A stretch of 62,903 bases of DNA, filler included, from Parasitella parasitica NRRL 2501 (Eukaryota; Fungi; Mucoromycota): the NCBI GenBank assembly GCA_025201805.1. It is 9 parts of 9 records of this genome, joined end to end, with 100 filler letters (N's around TTAATTAATTAA, not from the genome) between each part and the next. Parts side by side here need not be neighbours in the genome. Positions count along the whole stretch, not along the records: positions 61,120 to 62,903 come from MU619605.1; 8 more parts are not named here. One strand, written 5' to 3'. Positions 62,226 through 62,903 of this stretch are shown in pieces (within the stretch, counting starts at the first letter, position 1; every line of letters starts with the position of its first letter). Position numbers and translations under genes: made by a program. The notes under the pieces were generated by a model. It had not been told where the DNA came from. It searched no databases and worked only from the letters and a program-made list of their open reading frames with translations.

Positions 62226-62903
62226 ATGGAAACAAGTAAATCCAACATCAATGGCAACAAGGGTTACAAGCTCAATAGCCTAATTAATGGACCACGAAAT
62301 TTCACAGGCGAATACAAGAGTACAAATGGCGAAATTTTTACTACTGGTGCCCAGGTGGAGGCGAGCGCAAAATTCTGGCTACGTCGAATGAACGAGATAA
62401 AGGAAAATTGTCAATTGAACGACAAGGAAATGCTCTTCTTGGCTGGTGACAAATTAACCAGTTTGGCAGAAGGCTGGTGGGATATGTGTTACGACAACGT
62501 GCACAATTGGGAGGAATTCCAGATAGCATTCAAGGCCCAATTTATGCAAGAGGACATTGAGAAGTACTGGAGTGAATTAGACGGGCTAAAACAAAAACAA
62601 GACGAAAGTATCGAGCAAATATCAACAAGATTCAAGGCATTGCTTAATATGGTTGGTGATAAAGATATGCCCAGCAGAGAAAAGGTACGCAGATACCTTC
62701 ACACTATTGATAACGAAATTGCTCGGGATATTGTCAAGAAAGAAGGCAAACCGTCTGATCTTATTACGGCTATCAAGGCAGCCAAACAAGTAGAAGCAGC
62801 CAATATGGAGTTTAATGGCAAACAACAGAAACAAATCGAAAGCAACAATAGAAACGAAGACCCTGCAGATGACAATGCAAGCATCCCATCTCAATTGAGT
62901 GTG
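62226..62903 (+). mobile_element. Ty3/gypsy-like retrotransposon Gag (3' partial)
   Basis: Open frame from ATG 62226 to the window end: P..FTG...KFWLRRM...LAGDKL..LAEGWW...NWEEFQIAFKAQF...LDGLKQKQDESIEQ...RF. Confidence 0.82.

Overview
Eukaryotic, AT-rich, intron-rich fungal DNA. Gene content, short GT-AG introns and transposon families point to a Mucorales (Mucor/Parasitella-like) genome. The window is a pseudo-scaffold: eight 100-nt spacers of N-TTAATTAATTAA-N and one ~810-nt N gap join contigs, so adjacency across gaps is uncertain. Host genes: a mitochondrial PPR protein, a Hook-family dynein adaptor, a Rom2/Rgf1-type RhoGEF, an HSPA12-like Hsp70, proteasome alpha4 (PRE6), PEX10, a small secreted 8-Cys protein, a SET-domain methyltransferase, BRE1 and a 3'-truncated DTD1. 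They sit among many mobile elements: Helitrons, CACTA/Tnp2 remnants, an L1-like LINE ORF1, LTRs and a gypsy gag, a probable DIRS-like 5' end, three IS630/Tc1 transposases, and a long-inverted-repeat family present in several copies. The most unusual items are (i) an apparently intact, spliced Crypton/Ndc10-type tyrosine recombinase gene with an AT-hook, bounded by a TIR-like end with 20-bp tandem repeats; (ii) a C2H2-zinc-finger orphan gene enclosed by inverted arrays of a 76-bp CCAAT-containing unit; and (iii) a ~290-bp inverted-repeat family with inward-facing TATA boxes and a tail-to-head palindromic junction. All calls come from reading the sequence by eye; no searches were run.
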